From the NCBI GenBank assembly GCA_947488865.1, contig CANLCB010000002.1:1-61614 (forward strand): DNA of 61,614 nucleotides, given 5' to 3'. Below are positions 20,712-29,324 of the stretch, piece after piece. Made by a program: the position numbers and the translations under genes. Numbering within the stretch: position 1 is the stretch's first letter; each line of letters opens with the position of its first letter. Below the pieces are notes generated by a model. It was given only the letters and a program-made list of their open reading frames with translations, was not told the origin of the DNA and ran no database searches. Source of the DNA: Deltaproteobacteria bacterium. GTDB lineage: Bacteria; Bdellovibrionota_C; UBA2361; OMII01.

Positions 20712-20916
20712 GTGTGAGCGCGGACGCAAATTCTTCCATCATATCTTTCATTCGCGTGAGTAAAGAGACTATTTCCCGTGCGATGCGCATGATAGTATTT
20801 TGCGGCGCGTTATAGTGTGGTTATAGTGCCACGTGCGCGAAAGCTCGAGTGGTTGTGCCATTGCGGTCGTATAGGCGAGCTTTGTGGGTTTCTAGATTAA
20901 TTCTGATGAGGGCGTA

Positions 20917-22251
20917 ATGAGCGGGCTTGTCCAAGCGTTTCAAATTCCGGAGTTGAAGAAGCGACTCCTCTTCACAATATCGATGCTTGCTGTGTACCGT
21001 TTCGGCGTATTTGTTTCGACCCCCGGCGTTGATGTTGCCGCCATTCGTAGGATGTTTGAAGAGGGATCGAATACCATTTTTGGTTTGATCAATCTCTTCT
21101 CTGGAGGAGCCCTTGAGCAGTTCTCGATATTTACGCTTGGTATTTCGCCTTACATCACAGTTTCTATTATTATTCAGCTTCTCTCTCCAAGCATTCCCCA
21201 CCTTGAGAATCTTAAGAAAGAAGGCGAGGCCGGGCGGCGCGTTCTCACTCGTTACACTCGACAAGCCACTATTCTCCTCGCGCTCTTCCAGAGCTTTATG
21301 ATCGCTCGTGCGCTTGAATCGAAAGGATTGGCGACTGCGAGTCTTTCGTTCGAATTGATCACGATGCTTACCCTTACCGCGGGTACGGCGTTCGTAATGT
21401 GGCTCGGTGAGCAAATCACAGAGCGTGGATTAGGAAATGGAACCAGTATCATCATCTTTGCCGGTATCGCCGCGCGGATGCCATCGGTATTCGGCTCAAC
21501 TATGGAGTTGGCTCGAACCGGTGAGGTGTCTCCATTTGCGGTTCTCTTCTTGTTGGCTTTCTCTCTCGCGACTATCTACGCGATTATTTATGTGGAGCGT
21601 TCCCATCGTAAGATTCCGATTCAGTACCCTCGACGTATGGTAGGCAAGCGAATGACTCAAGCTCAAACGCAGTACCTGCCTCTGAAGGTCAATATGGCGG
21701 GTGTAATTCCTCCGATCTTCGCCTCGGCTATCATGATGTTGCCTGCGACGATCATGACTGTTGTGCCGGCGGCGAAGTTGCCGCTTCTCAGTAAGCTCTT
21801 CACTCCTGGAGAGTGGGGTTATGAGGCAATATACGTTGGTCTGATCCTTGTATTTAGCTTCTTCTACACAGCGGTGATCTTCAATCCTACGGAAGTCGCC
21901 GACAATCTAAAAAAGAATGGTGGTTTCATCCCTTTGGTTCGCCCCGGGCAGGAGACTGCCGATTATCTGTACGGAGTGCTTAATCGCCTCACGCTTTGGG
22001 GAGCGATTTACATCTCGGTTGTGTGCGTAGTTCCTCAGCTGGTGTATTTTAATATGGGAGCTTCGGCTTTCGGGTATGTGTTCGGCGGAACGGCAGTACT
22101 GATCGTGGTTGGTGTTACTCTTGATACTGCCGCGCAGATTGAGTCAATGCTCGTCGCTCGCAACTATGAGGCCTTCATGTCTCGTTCCTCTAAGGAACAA
22201 GCTAGCGTTGGCATGGTCGGCTATAATCGAAGCCGTCTCGTTCGCCGTTAA
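20917..22251 (+). CDS. secY: preprotein translocase subunit SecY
   Basis: 444 aa, multi-pass membrane protein. IPELKKRLLFT...LGISPYITVSII...GNGTSIIIF. Confidence 0.97.
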   Translation: MSGLVQAFQIPELKKRLLFTISMLAVYRFGVFVSTPGVDVAAIRRMFEEGSNTIFGLINLFSGGALEQFSIFTLGISPYITVSIIIQLLSPSIPHLENLKKEGEAGRRVLTRYTRQATILLALFQSFMIARALESKGLATASLSFELITMLTLTAGTAFVMWLGEQITERGLGNGTSIIIFAGIAARMPSVFGSTMELARTGEVSPFAVLFLLAFSLATIYAIIYVERSHRKIPIQYPRRMVGKRMTQAQTQYLPLKVNMAGVIPPIFASAIMMLPATIMTVVPAAKLPLLSKLFTPGEWGYEAIYVGLILVFSFFYTAVIFNPTEVADNLKKNGGFIPLVRPGQETADYLYGVLNRLTLWGAIYISVVCVVPQLVYFNMGASAFGYVFGGTAVLIVVGVTLDTAAQIESMLVARNYEAFMSRSSKEQASVGMVGYNRSRLVRR

Positions 22252-22286
22252 AACCTCACTCGAAGTTCATTTTGGGAGATAGAACC

Positions 22287-22856
22287 ATGCGAATTGTTCT
22301 TTTGGGACCTCCGGGCGCTGGAAAGGGGACTCAGGCCGCAAATCTAGTTGCCGAGCTCGGGATTCCGCACATCTCCACGGGAGATATTCTTCGTGCTCAG
22401 GTGGCATCTGGTTCTCCACTTGGATTGAAGGTGAAGTCGATTCTAGATTCGGGAGAGCTGGTGACCGACGAGATCATCATGGAAGTGGTCATCGATCGAG
22501 TGTCTCAGGATGATTGCAAAAAAGGCTTCCTTCTTGACGGAGCTATTCGCACGGTGTTGCAAGCGAAGATGCTTCAAGACTATTTGGCAAAAGTTGGAGC
22601 GCCGCTCCATAAGGTTGTGCAGATTAATGTTCCCGATGGTGTTCTCCTTGAGCGTATTTGCTCTCGGCAGGAGCAGACTGGGGTTACTAGGGCTGATGAC
22701 AATGCCGAAGTTGCGGCGAAGCGTCTGAAGGTCTATTGGGAACAGACGGCGCCAGTTGCGGACTATTACGCACAGGCAGGCCTGTTGGCCAAGGTTGATG
22801 GCGTCGGGACCGTTTCTGAGGTCCTCTCCCGTATCATGGCGTCTCTAGGATCCTAG
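22287..22856 (+). CDS. adk: adenylate kinase
   Basis: MRIVLLGPPGAGKGTQA P-loop. ATG at 22287 preferred over the TTG at 22272. The LID region has no Cys4 zinc motif. Confidence 0.96.
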   Translation: MRIVLLGPPGAGKGTQAANLVAELGIPHISTGDILRAQVASGSPLGLKVKSILDSGELVTDEIIMEVVIDRVSQDDCKKGFLLDGAIRTVLQAKMLQDYLAKVGAPLHKVVQINVPDGVLLERICSRQEQTGVTRADDNAEVAAKRLKVYWEQTAPVADYYAQAGLLAKVDGVGTVSEVLSRIMASLGS

Positions 22857-23021
22857 CCCGTAGGGGCATTCTGGCGCCATTTTACCCGACAATAGCTCTC
22901 TAGCTGGGCAATAATCGGGAAACGTTCATGCGGGGGTCACGTTTGTGTCCCTGTGACCAGATTCTTTCTAAAATTGGGCTAAAATAGTCCGAGGCGAGCC
23001 CAGGTTGTGGGGGTGGAGGGC

Positions 23022-23049
23022 TTGTAATGGTGGTCGAAATATGTAAAAT
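23022..23049 (+). promoter_or_regulatory. candidate sigma70-type promoter in the adk-rpmJ spacer
   Basis: TTGTAA (23022-23027), a 16-nt spacer ending in TG, then TAAAAT (23044-23049), i.e. an extended -10 configuration. Confidence 0.3.
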
Positions 23050-23217
23050 TCGGGCCTCTTTATGCAGGACATCTGCACGTTGCGCGGTGCCCCCAAGCTA
23101 ATTACAGGGGAGTGAGCAGGGCAGGATGTCTAATGTAAGTAGCCAAATTTATTGGCTCTTTTTGAGATGGGTTCCGTAGTTTTCGCGGAGCTCGTTGAGC
23201 TTTTGGGAGTGTGAGTT

Positions 23218-23334
23218 GTGAAGGTCCGAGCGTCTGTAAAGCCGATTTGTAGCTACTGTAAAGTTATCAAGCGGAAAGGCAAGATCTTTGTGTTCTGTAG
23301 CCGTACGCCTAAGCACAAGCAACGACAGGGTTAA
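23218..23334 (+). CDS. rpmJ: 50S ribosomal protein L36
   Basis: Not in the ORF track because it is under 60 aa. Hand translation gives [44 protein letters not shown], with the C-x2-C...C...H zinc ribbon. GGGAG lies 8 nt upstream. Confidence 0.95.
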   Translation: MKVRASVKPICSYCKVIKRKGKIFVFCSRTPKHKQRQG

Positions 23335-23357
23335 TAATAGTAGTAGGAGTTTAAGTC

Positions 23358-23741
23358 ATGCCACGTATCGCAGGTGTTGACCTTCCGCGTAATAAGAGAG
23401 TCCTTCTTGGCCTCACATACATTTACGGAATTGGTAAGTCGAAGTCGAAGGAAATTTTGGCTGAGGCAGTTATCGACGAGTCGATCAGAACTGACAACCT
23501 GACAGAAGAGCAGGTTGATAAGATCCGAAAGATCATCGAGCGACGAGAGAAAGTCGAGGGAGACCTTCGACGAGAAGTTGCCGCTTCGATGAAGCGATTG
23601 ATGGACCTTGGATGCTACCGAGGACTTCGTCATCGTAAGAATCTTCCAGCTCGCGGTCAACGAACACGCACGAACGGTCGAACACGTAAGGGACCACGTC
23701 GTGCTCCAATTGCTGGTAAGAAAGCAGCAACGAAGACATAA
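23358..23741 (+). CDS. rpsM: 30S ribosomal protein S13
   Basis: 127 aa, [15 protein letters not shown]...[18 protein letters not shown]. Confidence 0.98.
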   Translation: MPRIAGVDLPRNKRVLLGLTYIYGIGKSKSKEILAEAVIDESIRTDNLTEEQVDKIRKIIERREKVEGDLRREVAASMKRLMDLGCYRGLRHRKNLPARGQRTRTNGRTRKGPRRAPIAGKKAATKT

Positions 23742-23803
23742 GAACTAAGTAAGAACTAAAAGGTAAAGTCAAAAATTTTTGACACGCTTGTAAGGAGTTG
23801 TTT

Positions 23804-24205
23804 GTGGCAGAGGTACGCGTAGCTAACACTGCGGTTAAGAAGAAAAAGGTAAAGAAGAATGTGCCGGTAGGAATCGCGCACGTTCATGCGACCTTCAATA
23901 ACACGATCGTAACGATCACTGATCCAGCTGGAAACGTGATTGCTTCATCGAGCTCCGGCGCTAACGGTTTTAAGGGCTCTCGTAAGTCTACCCCGTTCGC
24001 GGCGCAGATCGCTGGTGATACCGCGGCACGAAAGGCCAAGGAAGCTGGTGTTCGAACTGTAAGTGTTCGCATCAAGGGGCCAGGCTCCGGACGTGAGTCA
24101 GCTCTTCGCTCGCTTCACCTTGCGGGTCTTCAGGTCACATTAATCAAAGATATTACGCCGGTTCCTCACAACGGATGCCGTGCGCGTAAGAGTCGTCGAG
24201 TTTAA
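23804..24205 (+). CDS. rpsK: 30S ribosomal protein S11
   Basis: [18 protein letters not shown]...[16 protein letters not shown] at 23804 is preferred because AAGGAG (23792-23797) directly abuts the TTG at 23798. Confidence 0.96.
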   Translation: MAEVRVANTAVKKKKVKKNVPVGIAHVHATFNNTIVTITDPAGNVIASSSSGANGFKGSRKSTPFAAQIAGDTAARKAKEAGVRTVSVRIKGPGSGRESALRSLHLAGLQVTLIKDITPVPHNGCRARKSRRV

Positions 24206-24224
24206 TTAAGAGAGGCGTTAAGTC

Positions 24225-24851
24225 ATGGCAAGATATTGCGGTTCAGTTTGTCGCTTGTGCCGTCGAGAGGGGGAGAAACTCTTCCTCAAGGGTGAGAGAT
24301 GTTTCACTGGTAAGTGCGCTGTTGAGAAGCGTGAGGGTGGTCCTGGTCAACATGGCCGTGGTCGTCAGGCTTTCTCCAACTACAAGATTCAGCTTCGTGA
24401 GAAGCAGAAAGTTAAGCGTACCTACGGGCTCCTCGAGGGTAAGTTCCGTAACACCTTCGAGATCGCAGCGAGCACTAAGGGAGTAACTGGTACAGAGCTC
24501 CTCGTTCTCCTTGAGCGAAGACTCGACAACGTGGTGTACAAGCTTGGAATGGGTTCTTCGCGCCGACAGGCTCGTCAGATCGTGAATCACGGATTGGTTT
24601 TGGTTAACGGCAGAAAAGTTTCTATCCCGTCATACTCGGTATCTCCAGGGGACGTGGTAGAGGTTGCAGAGAAGCACAAGAAGAACCCGTTGATTGTAGC
24701 TGCTATGGAAGCCGCTAAGTCGCGAGTTATTCCTGAGTGGATTTCTCTCGATCAAGCAGCAGTTCGTGGGACAGTTAATTCAGTTCCAACGAGAGAGCAG
24801 TTGCCGCCAACCATTCGCGAGCAGTTAATCGTCGAATTGTATTCTCGGTAG
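24225..24851 (+). CDS. rpsD: 30S ribosomal protein S4
   Basis: 208 aa, MARYCGSVCRLCRREG...S4 domain RLDNVVYKLG. Confidence 0.98.
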   Translation: MARYCGSVCRLCRREGEKLFLKGERCFTGKCAVEKREGGPGQHGRGRQAFSNYKIQLREKQKVKRTYGLLEGKFRNTFEIAASTKGVTGTELLVLLERRLDNVVYKLGMGSSRRQARQIVNHGLVLVNGRKVSIPSYSVSPGDVVEVAEKHKKNPLIVAAMEAAKSRVIPEWISLDQAAVRGTVNSVPTREQLPPTIREQLIVELYSR

Positions 24852-24928
24852 TTAGTTTCCGCGTCTCAGTGTTCCCGTTTTAGGGAAGGGGGGCGCGGGT
24901 TAATCGTATTTACTAATAGGATAGAGAC

Positions 24929-25945
24929 ATGAAGAAGATCAGTCTCAAGGACTTAATCAGCCCGAATCGAGTAGAGGTAGAGGGAGCAGCTGCGGATAGC
25001 AGGTACGGAAAGTTTATTGCTGAGCCACTTGAGCGTGGTTTCGGTATGACGATTGGTACAGCGATTCGCCGGATCCTTCTCTCTTCTCTTCAGGGCGCCG
25101 CGATCACATCGATTCGCGTTGAAGGCGTTTCGCATGAGTTCATGACGATGCCAGGAGTTGTTGAGGATGTGACTGAGCTCTCTCTTAACCTTAAAGACGT
25201 AGTTCTTCGTCTTGATGATAAGGAAGAGGCGGTTCTCCACCTTGAGGCTCAAGGCCCATGTCAAGTTACCGCTGGTATGTTCCAGGGTGACCCAGCAGTT
25301 GCGGTTCTTAACCCAGAGCTCGTGATTGCAACCATTGGTGAAGGCGCTTCGCTTAAGATGGAAGTGTCCGTTAAGGTAGGACGTGGATACGTTCCTGCTG
25401 AGAAGAACAAGGTTGAAGGCGCTCCTGTAGGAACGATCTTTATCGATTCTATCTTCGCGCCAGTTCGTCGTGTAAACCTTGCGGTTACAAACGCGCGTGT
25501 TGGTCAGCGTACTGACTACGACAAACTTGCGATGGAGATCTGGACGAACGGAAGCATCGATCCTCGCGCGGCAGTTGCTCAGGCAGCTCATATCTTGGTT
25601 GATCAACTTGGAATCTTCGTTGGCGATGATCTCATCGTTGAGCGAGAGGAGCCTAAGTCTGAGGAGCCTTCTAAGCGATGGAACGAGAATCTCTTCCGAC
25701 GCATTGACGAGCTTGAGCTCAGCGTACGTTCGGCTAACTGCCTTGAGAACGCTGATATCAAGTACATCGGAGAGCTTGTTCAGAAGACTGAGGCAGAGAT
25801 GCTTCGAACAAAGAATTTCGGTCGTAAGTCGCTCAACGAGATCAAAGAGATCCTCTCGGAGATGGGACTCTCTCTTGGACTTAAGCTTGAGGAGTTCCCT
25901 GCGCGCAAGGACCTCGATCAGCTTAAAGAGCAAACAGACCACTAA
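24929..25945 (+). CDS. rpoA: DNA-directed RNA polymerase subunit alpha
   Basis: 338 aa, [13 protein letters not shown]...alpha-[26 protein letters not shown]. Confidence 0.98.
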   Translation: MKKISLKDLISPNRVEVEGAAADSRYGKFIAEPLERGFGMTIGTAIRRILLSSLQGAAITSIRVEGVSHEFMTMPGVVEDVTELSLNLKDVVLRLDDKEEAVLHLEAQGPCQVTAGMFQGDPAVAVLNPELVIATIGEGASLKMEVSVKVGRGYVPAEKNKVEGAPVGTIFIDSIFAPVRRVNLAVTNARVGQRTDYDKLAMEIWTNGSIDPRAAVAQAAHILVDQLGIFVGDDLIVEREEPKSEEPSKRWNENLFRRIDELELSVRSANCLENADIKYIGELVQKTEAEMLRTKNFGRKSLNEIKEILSEMGLSLGLKLEEFPARKDLDQLKEQTDH

Positions 25946-25983
25946 AACAGCAGGGGAAGTAGTAGCCCCAAGGGTGTAGAAGT

Positions 25984-26475
25984 ATGAGACACGGAAAAAG
26001 CCTAAGAAAGTTTAGCAGAACATGGAGCCACCGTAAGGCTCTCTTGAGAAATCTCGCTACCTCGTTCTTTAAGCACGAGAAGTTTGAGACGACTGTAGAG
26101 AAGGCGAAGGAGCTTCGTCCTCTTGTTGAAAAGCTCATCACGCTTGGTCGTAACGACACCCTTGCCGCTCGTCGTCAGGCGTACAGCTACTTGTTGGACA
26201 AGGCAGTTGTTCACAAGCTCTTCACCGACATTGGACCTCGAAACAACGGTCGTAACGGCGGTTACACCCGTGTGGTTCGCACGCGTGTTCGACCTGGTGA
26301 TGCCGCTGAGTTGGCGATCATTGAGTTGGTTGATAGGTCTTCTGGTAAGCCATCTTCTGAGAAGGGAGAGGCAAAAAAGAAGGCCGCTCCTAAGAAGGCA
26401 GCTGCTAAGAAGGCTCCAGCTAAGAAGGAAGCCGCTAAGAAGGCCCCAGCTAAGAAGAAGGTAGCGGCTGAGTAA
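25984..26475 (+). CDS. rplQ: 50S ribosomal protein L17 with Lys/Ala-rich C-terminal tail
   Basis: 163 aa, MRHGKSLRKFSRTWSHRKALLRNL. The ~45-aa tail is EKGEAKKKAAPKKAAAKKAPAKKEAAKKAPAKKKVAAE. Confidence 0.97.
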   Translation: MRHGKSLRKFSRTWSHRKALLRNLATSFFKHEKFETTVEKAKELRPLVEKLITLGRNDTLAARRQAYSYLLDKAVVHKLFTDIGPRNNGRNGGYTRVVRTRVRPGDAAELAIIELVDRSSGKPSSEKGEAKKKAAPKKAAAKKAPAKKEAAKKAPAKKKVAAE

Positions 26476-26530
26476 GTCGCTTATCTTGGGTCGATTCTCA
26501 CCGGCGGTGACGCTGAAGTGAGAAACACTA

Positions 26531-26567
26531 AAACCGCAATCGGCGTTCAATACGTTGATTGCGGTTT
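26531..26567 (+). terminator. hairpin terminator candidate after rplQ
   Basis: AAACCGCAATC (26531-26541) pairs with GATTGCGGTTT (26557-26567) across a 15-nt loop. It ends in TTT. Confidence 0.6.
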
Positions 26568-26594
26568 CAACTTTGTGGGCTCATAATTTACGGC

Positions 26595-26957
26595 ATGACG
26601 TCAAAACCAGCAGGAAGTAAGGGTGATACGGTCCTTGAGCTCGGCCGGATAGCCGCAGAGGCGCTTGTCGAGCACTCTCCTGATTCCCTTGATCAATTAG
26701 ATACGTACATCGACGCGTTTTCAGCTTGGGAAACGGAATGGAAGGGAGGCGCGGACTCTAATCGGCCGGTCCCGAATCCCGAGCGAGAGATCGCTGAGCG
26801 AATCGCCGCACAGCACAATCAGATCTTGCGTCTTGCGGGCGAGCTTCGCTTTGAGGTTGGCGACACACTCAAGAGCATGCACGTTAAAGGAAAGGGACTG
26901 AAGACCTACATCGATCAGCTCCCTCAACAGATCAGTACCATAAAGAAAAAGGGGTAA
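26595..26957 (+). CDS. hypothetical protein
   Basis: ATG at 26595 preferred, since the TTG at 26559 lies inside the rplQ terminator hairpin. 120 aa with no recognised motif. Stop lies 5 nt before lptE. Confidence 0.55.
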   Translation: MTSKPAGSKGDTVLELGRIAAEALVEHSPDSLDQLDTYIDAFSAWETEWKGGADSNRPVPNPEREIAERIAAQHNQILRLAGELRFEVGDTLKSMHVKGKGLKTYIDQLPQQISTIKKKG

Positions 26958-26961
26958 GCCT

Positions 26962-27555
26962 ATGTCATTTGTCCGTCGCGTCTTGGTAGCTCTTGTTATG
27001 GTCTCGTTGAGCGCCTGCGGGTACACGTTGCGCGGCAGTGGTAGCGTGCTTCCGCCAGACGTTAAGAAAGTGTACATCCCAATGGCGGAGAATAACTCAA
27101 CAGAGCTCGGTCTTGCGAATGTGGTGACTGAAGCTATGCGAGAAGAGTTTGATAGCTATGGCACGGTTACGGTTGTGGAGAAGCAATCGGAAGCTGACGC
27201 GATCCTTCGACTTCAGATTACTGACGTTAAGCGCACTACGCAGTCTGTTCGAGCGAGCAGCAATACCGCTTTGCAGATGGATACCACCATGTACCTCGCG
27301 GCAGAGCTTCGAAGGACTACTGGGCCCATTTTGTGGCGAGAGGCGAATATCCGAGTGACGAAGGGATATGGAGCGGATCCAAGCGTGGTGGTGGCGACCT
27401 CCCCTGATTTCGCTAGTGGATCTATTTCCAGTAGCGATCTCTCCTCGTTGAGTAATCGAGATATCTCTCGTGGTCAGGAGCAAAACGCTCTCAATTCACT
27501 CGCTCAAGACGCGGCGCGTATAGTCTATGATAAAGCGGTGGCACCGGATTTCTAG
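26962..27555 (+). CDS. lptE: LPS-assembly lipoprotein LptE-like
   Basis: 197 aa. Signal peptide plus lipobox (LSAC) immediately followed by GYTLRGSG, the characteristic LptE/RlpB N-terminus (C-G-F/Y-x-L-R-G). Confidence 0.6.
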   Translation: MSFVRRVLVALVMVSLSACGYTLRGSGSVLPPDVKKVYIPMAENNSTELGLANVVTEAMREEFDSYGTVTVVEKQSEADAILRLQITDVKRTTQSVRASSNTALQMDTTMYLAAELRRTTGPILWREANIRVTKGYGADPSVVVATSPDFASGSISSSDLSSLSNRDISRGQEQNALNSLAQDAARIVYDKAVAPDF

Positions 27556-27600
27556 CGCCTCGACTGGTAGTTTTTTCATGAGGATCAAGGAGAAAGAAGT

Positions 27601-28098
27601 ATGTTAGAGACAAACGTAGATGAAGTAGCGTCCGCCTTCGCGAGCGCGAAGAACCTGAATGCGGCTCTTAAGAGCTTTCTTAAGCGCGAGGGAAATAGCA
27701 CTCCACATGTCGCTACGTTCGCCAAGGAGTTTCGTGGAGTGGTGTCTAAAGGCCGTCCAGAGCCGGTTCGTTTCTTCATAGAGCAGAACTATCCGAAGCG
27801 CGCGGTCTATTTCCTTGGAGTCGCTCGTTACGCTTATCCAGAGCTGATGGAGAGCGCTGTTGGTAAGATTATTGAACGTCACGCTGAGCGTTTTAACACA
27901 ACGTACGAGCGCACTGACTCGGGGCTTAAGGTTACTAACGCCGCTGAGTTCTCTAAGATCGTTAAAGATGTAATGAAGATGATTGACGAGAGTATTACGG
28001 AAGCTCAGATTCCGGCGTCTAATTTCCTGCGCAACGCGATCATGGCGAGTGTGTTCGAGCCCGACGTGCTTGAGGAAGTTGTCCCTGTTGTGAAGTAG
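27601..28098 (+). CDS. hypothetical protein
   Basis: 165-aa ORF with an ATG start and its own terminator hairpin at 28105-28130. No recognised motif. Confidence 0.55.
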   Translation: MLETNVDEVASAFASAKNLNAALKSFLKREGNSTPHVATFAKEFRGVVSKGRPEPVRFFIEQNYPKRAVYFLGVARYAYPELMESAVGKIIERHAERFNTTYERTDSGLKVTNAAEFSKIVKDVMKMIDESITEAQIPASNFLRNAIMASVFEPDVLEEVVPVVK

Positions 28099-28104
28099 GT
28101 GAAT

Positions 28105-28130
28105 GGGCATCGTATACGATGCCCGTTTTA
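28105..28130 (+). terminator. Rho-independent terminator
   Basis: GGGCATCG (28105-28112) pairs with CGATGCCC (28117-28124) across loop TATA, followed by GTTTTA. Confidence 0.7.
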
Positions 28131-28160
28131 CAGCGGCCCAAATCGTGAATTTCGGGCACG

Positions 28161-28200
28161 AAAAAACCCCGGCCACCGATAAGGTGAGCCGGGGTTTTTA
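28161..28200. terminator. bidirectional terminator hairpin (serves rpsT on the minus strand)
   Basis: AAAAAA-CCCCGGC (28167-28173) ... GCCGGGG (28188-28194)-TTTTTA. A-run and T-run flank the stem. Confidence 0.8.
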
Positions 28201-28217
28201 TTGTTAGCAACGAGCGC

Positions 28218-28484
28218 TTACTTAGCGGCTTTGTTGGCTTGAGCGGCAAGTCGACTGATCTTGCGGGCGAGGGTCTTCTTGTGGAAGAGACCCTTCTTAG
28301 AAGCCTTTGACATGAGCGACTCAGCCTGACGAGTAAGCTTAGTAGCCTCGTCCTTCTTGCCTTCTGCTGATGCTGCTGATGCCTTCTTGAGAGCTGTACG
28401 AACTTCAGCCTTACGAGCGCGGTTGTTATCACGACGCTTAAGGCTTTGACGGTGACGCTTAATTGCAGACTTGTGATTTGCCAT
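28218..28484 (-). CDS. rpsT: 30S ribosomal protein S20
   Basis: 88 aa, MANHKSAIKRHRQSLKRRDNNRARK. Confidence 0.96.
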   Translation of the reverse strand: MANHKSAIKRHRQSLKRRDNNRARKAEVRTALKKASAASAEGKKDEATKLTRQAESLMSKASKKGLFHKKTLARKISRLAAQANKAAK

Positions 28485-28609
28485 AACTGCTTAACTTAAA
28501 AAGGGGCCCCCAATACACACATTCAAAGGCGGGAATAATCCCTAATGAGGCTGCCCGAAGTTGGGAAGGTATACCACGAGCTGAGAAACGACTCAACTCA
28601 GAGGCAAAA

Positions 28610-29134
28610 TTAGCGCTTTTTAGGCTCGGAAACACGAGGGAAAAACTCGTCCGACCAGGCCTTGGTCGCCCCTGTTTGCCCCTGGTAATGGCCTTTTCCG
28701 CCCTCCCCGTACGCCACGTCAGGAGGGGACTCCATTCCAAGGAATACGAGCTGGGCGATTCTCATGCCTTTTACGAGCTCCCGAGGATACGGCCCAAGAT
28801 TTTGGAGCTCAAGGGTTACCTGTCCTGCAAAACCACAGTCAATCCAGCCGCTTAGGCTGTGATTGAGCCAAAGGCGCCCGAGGGAGCTCTTAAGTTTGAG
28901 ATCGCACACGACGTCTCGAGGCATTTTGATGTACTCCTGGGTGGTCGCCAGGATTACCTCTCCTGGAAAGAGAATGATCGAATCTGCGACTATCTCTTCC
29001 GGATCTCTGGTGGGACAAATCCAATGATTTCCGACGGTAACGTCGTAGCTCGCAGGGTTAATCTGCTCTGGCTTGAAGGGGGAGATGCCCCCGCTTTCAC
29101 CAAAATGACGAATCCAGTGGTCGGGCTTGATCAT
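28610..29134 (-). CDS. dcd: dCTP deaminase family protein
   Basis: MIKPDHWIR...INPASYDVTVG...GWIDCGFAGQVTLELQN...YQGQTG. ATG at 29134 preferred over the upstream ATG at 29209. Confidence 0.85.
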   Translation of the reverse strand: MIKPDHWIRHFGESGGISPFKPEQINPASYDVTVGNHWICPTRDPEEIVADSIILFPGEVILATTQEYIKMPRDVVCDLKLKSSLGRLWLNHSLSGWIDCGFAGQVTLELQNLGPYPRELVKGMRIAQLVFLGMESPPDVAYGEGGKGHYQGQTGATKAWSDEFFPRVSEPKKR

Positions 29135-29324
29135 AGAAGGTATCCTAATTGAATTGTTGAGCCTCCGATCCCTTAGACTATCTGCCGATAAAAATAAAGC
29201 ACCTAACATTTTTGCGGGAGCATGCCGGCCTTGGCTGACCCGCCAAGGGTAGGGGGTGTTTTTTCACTTCCCTCCCCGAGTCGATGTCTACGGTCGTGGA
29301 CCCTCACTTAAAAGGTTTTTAAAG

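Noticed and set aside
22857-23217. Degenerate infA or map pseudogene between adk and rpmJ
   Set aside because: Translation in all three forward frames gives frequent stops and no IF-1-like (S1/OB, ...GKMR...) or MetAP-like peptide segments.
28610-29134. dCTP deaminase as a nucleotide-depletion anti-phage defence gene
   Set aside because: It is a minimal ~174-aa housekeeping-type Dcd with no additional kinase or other N-terminal domain. It sits next to rpsT, with no defence-island context.
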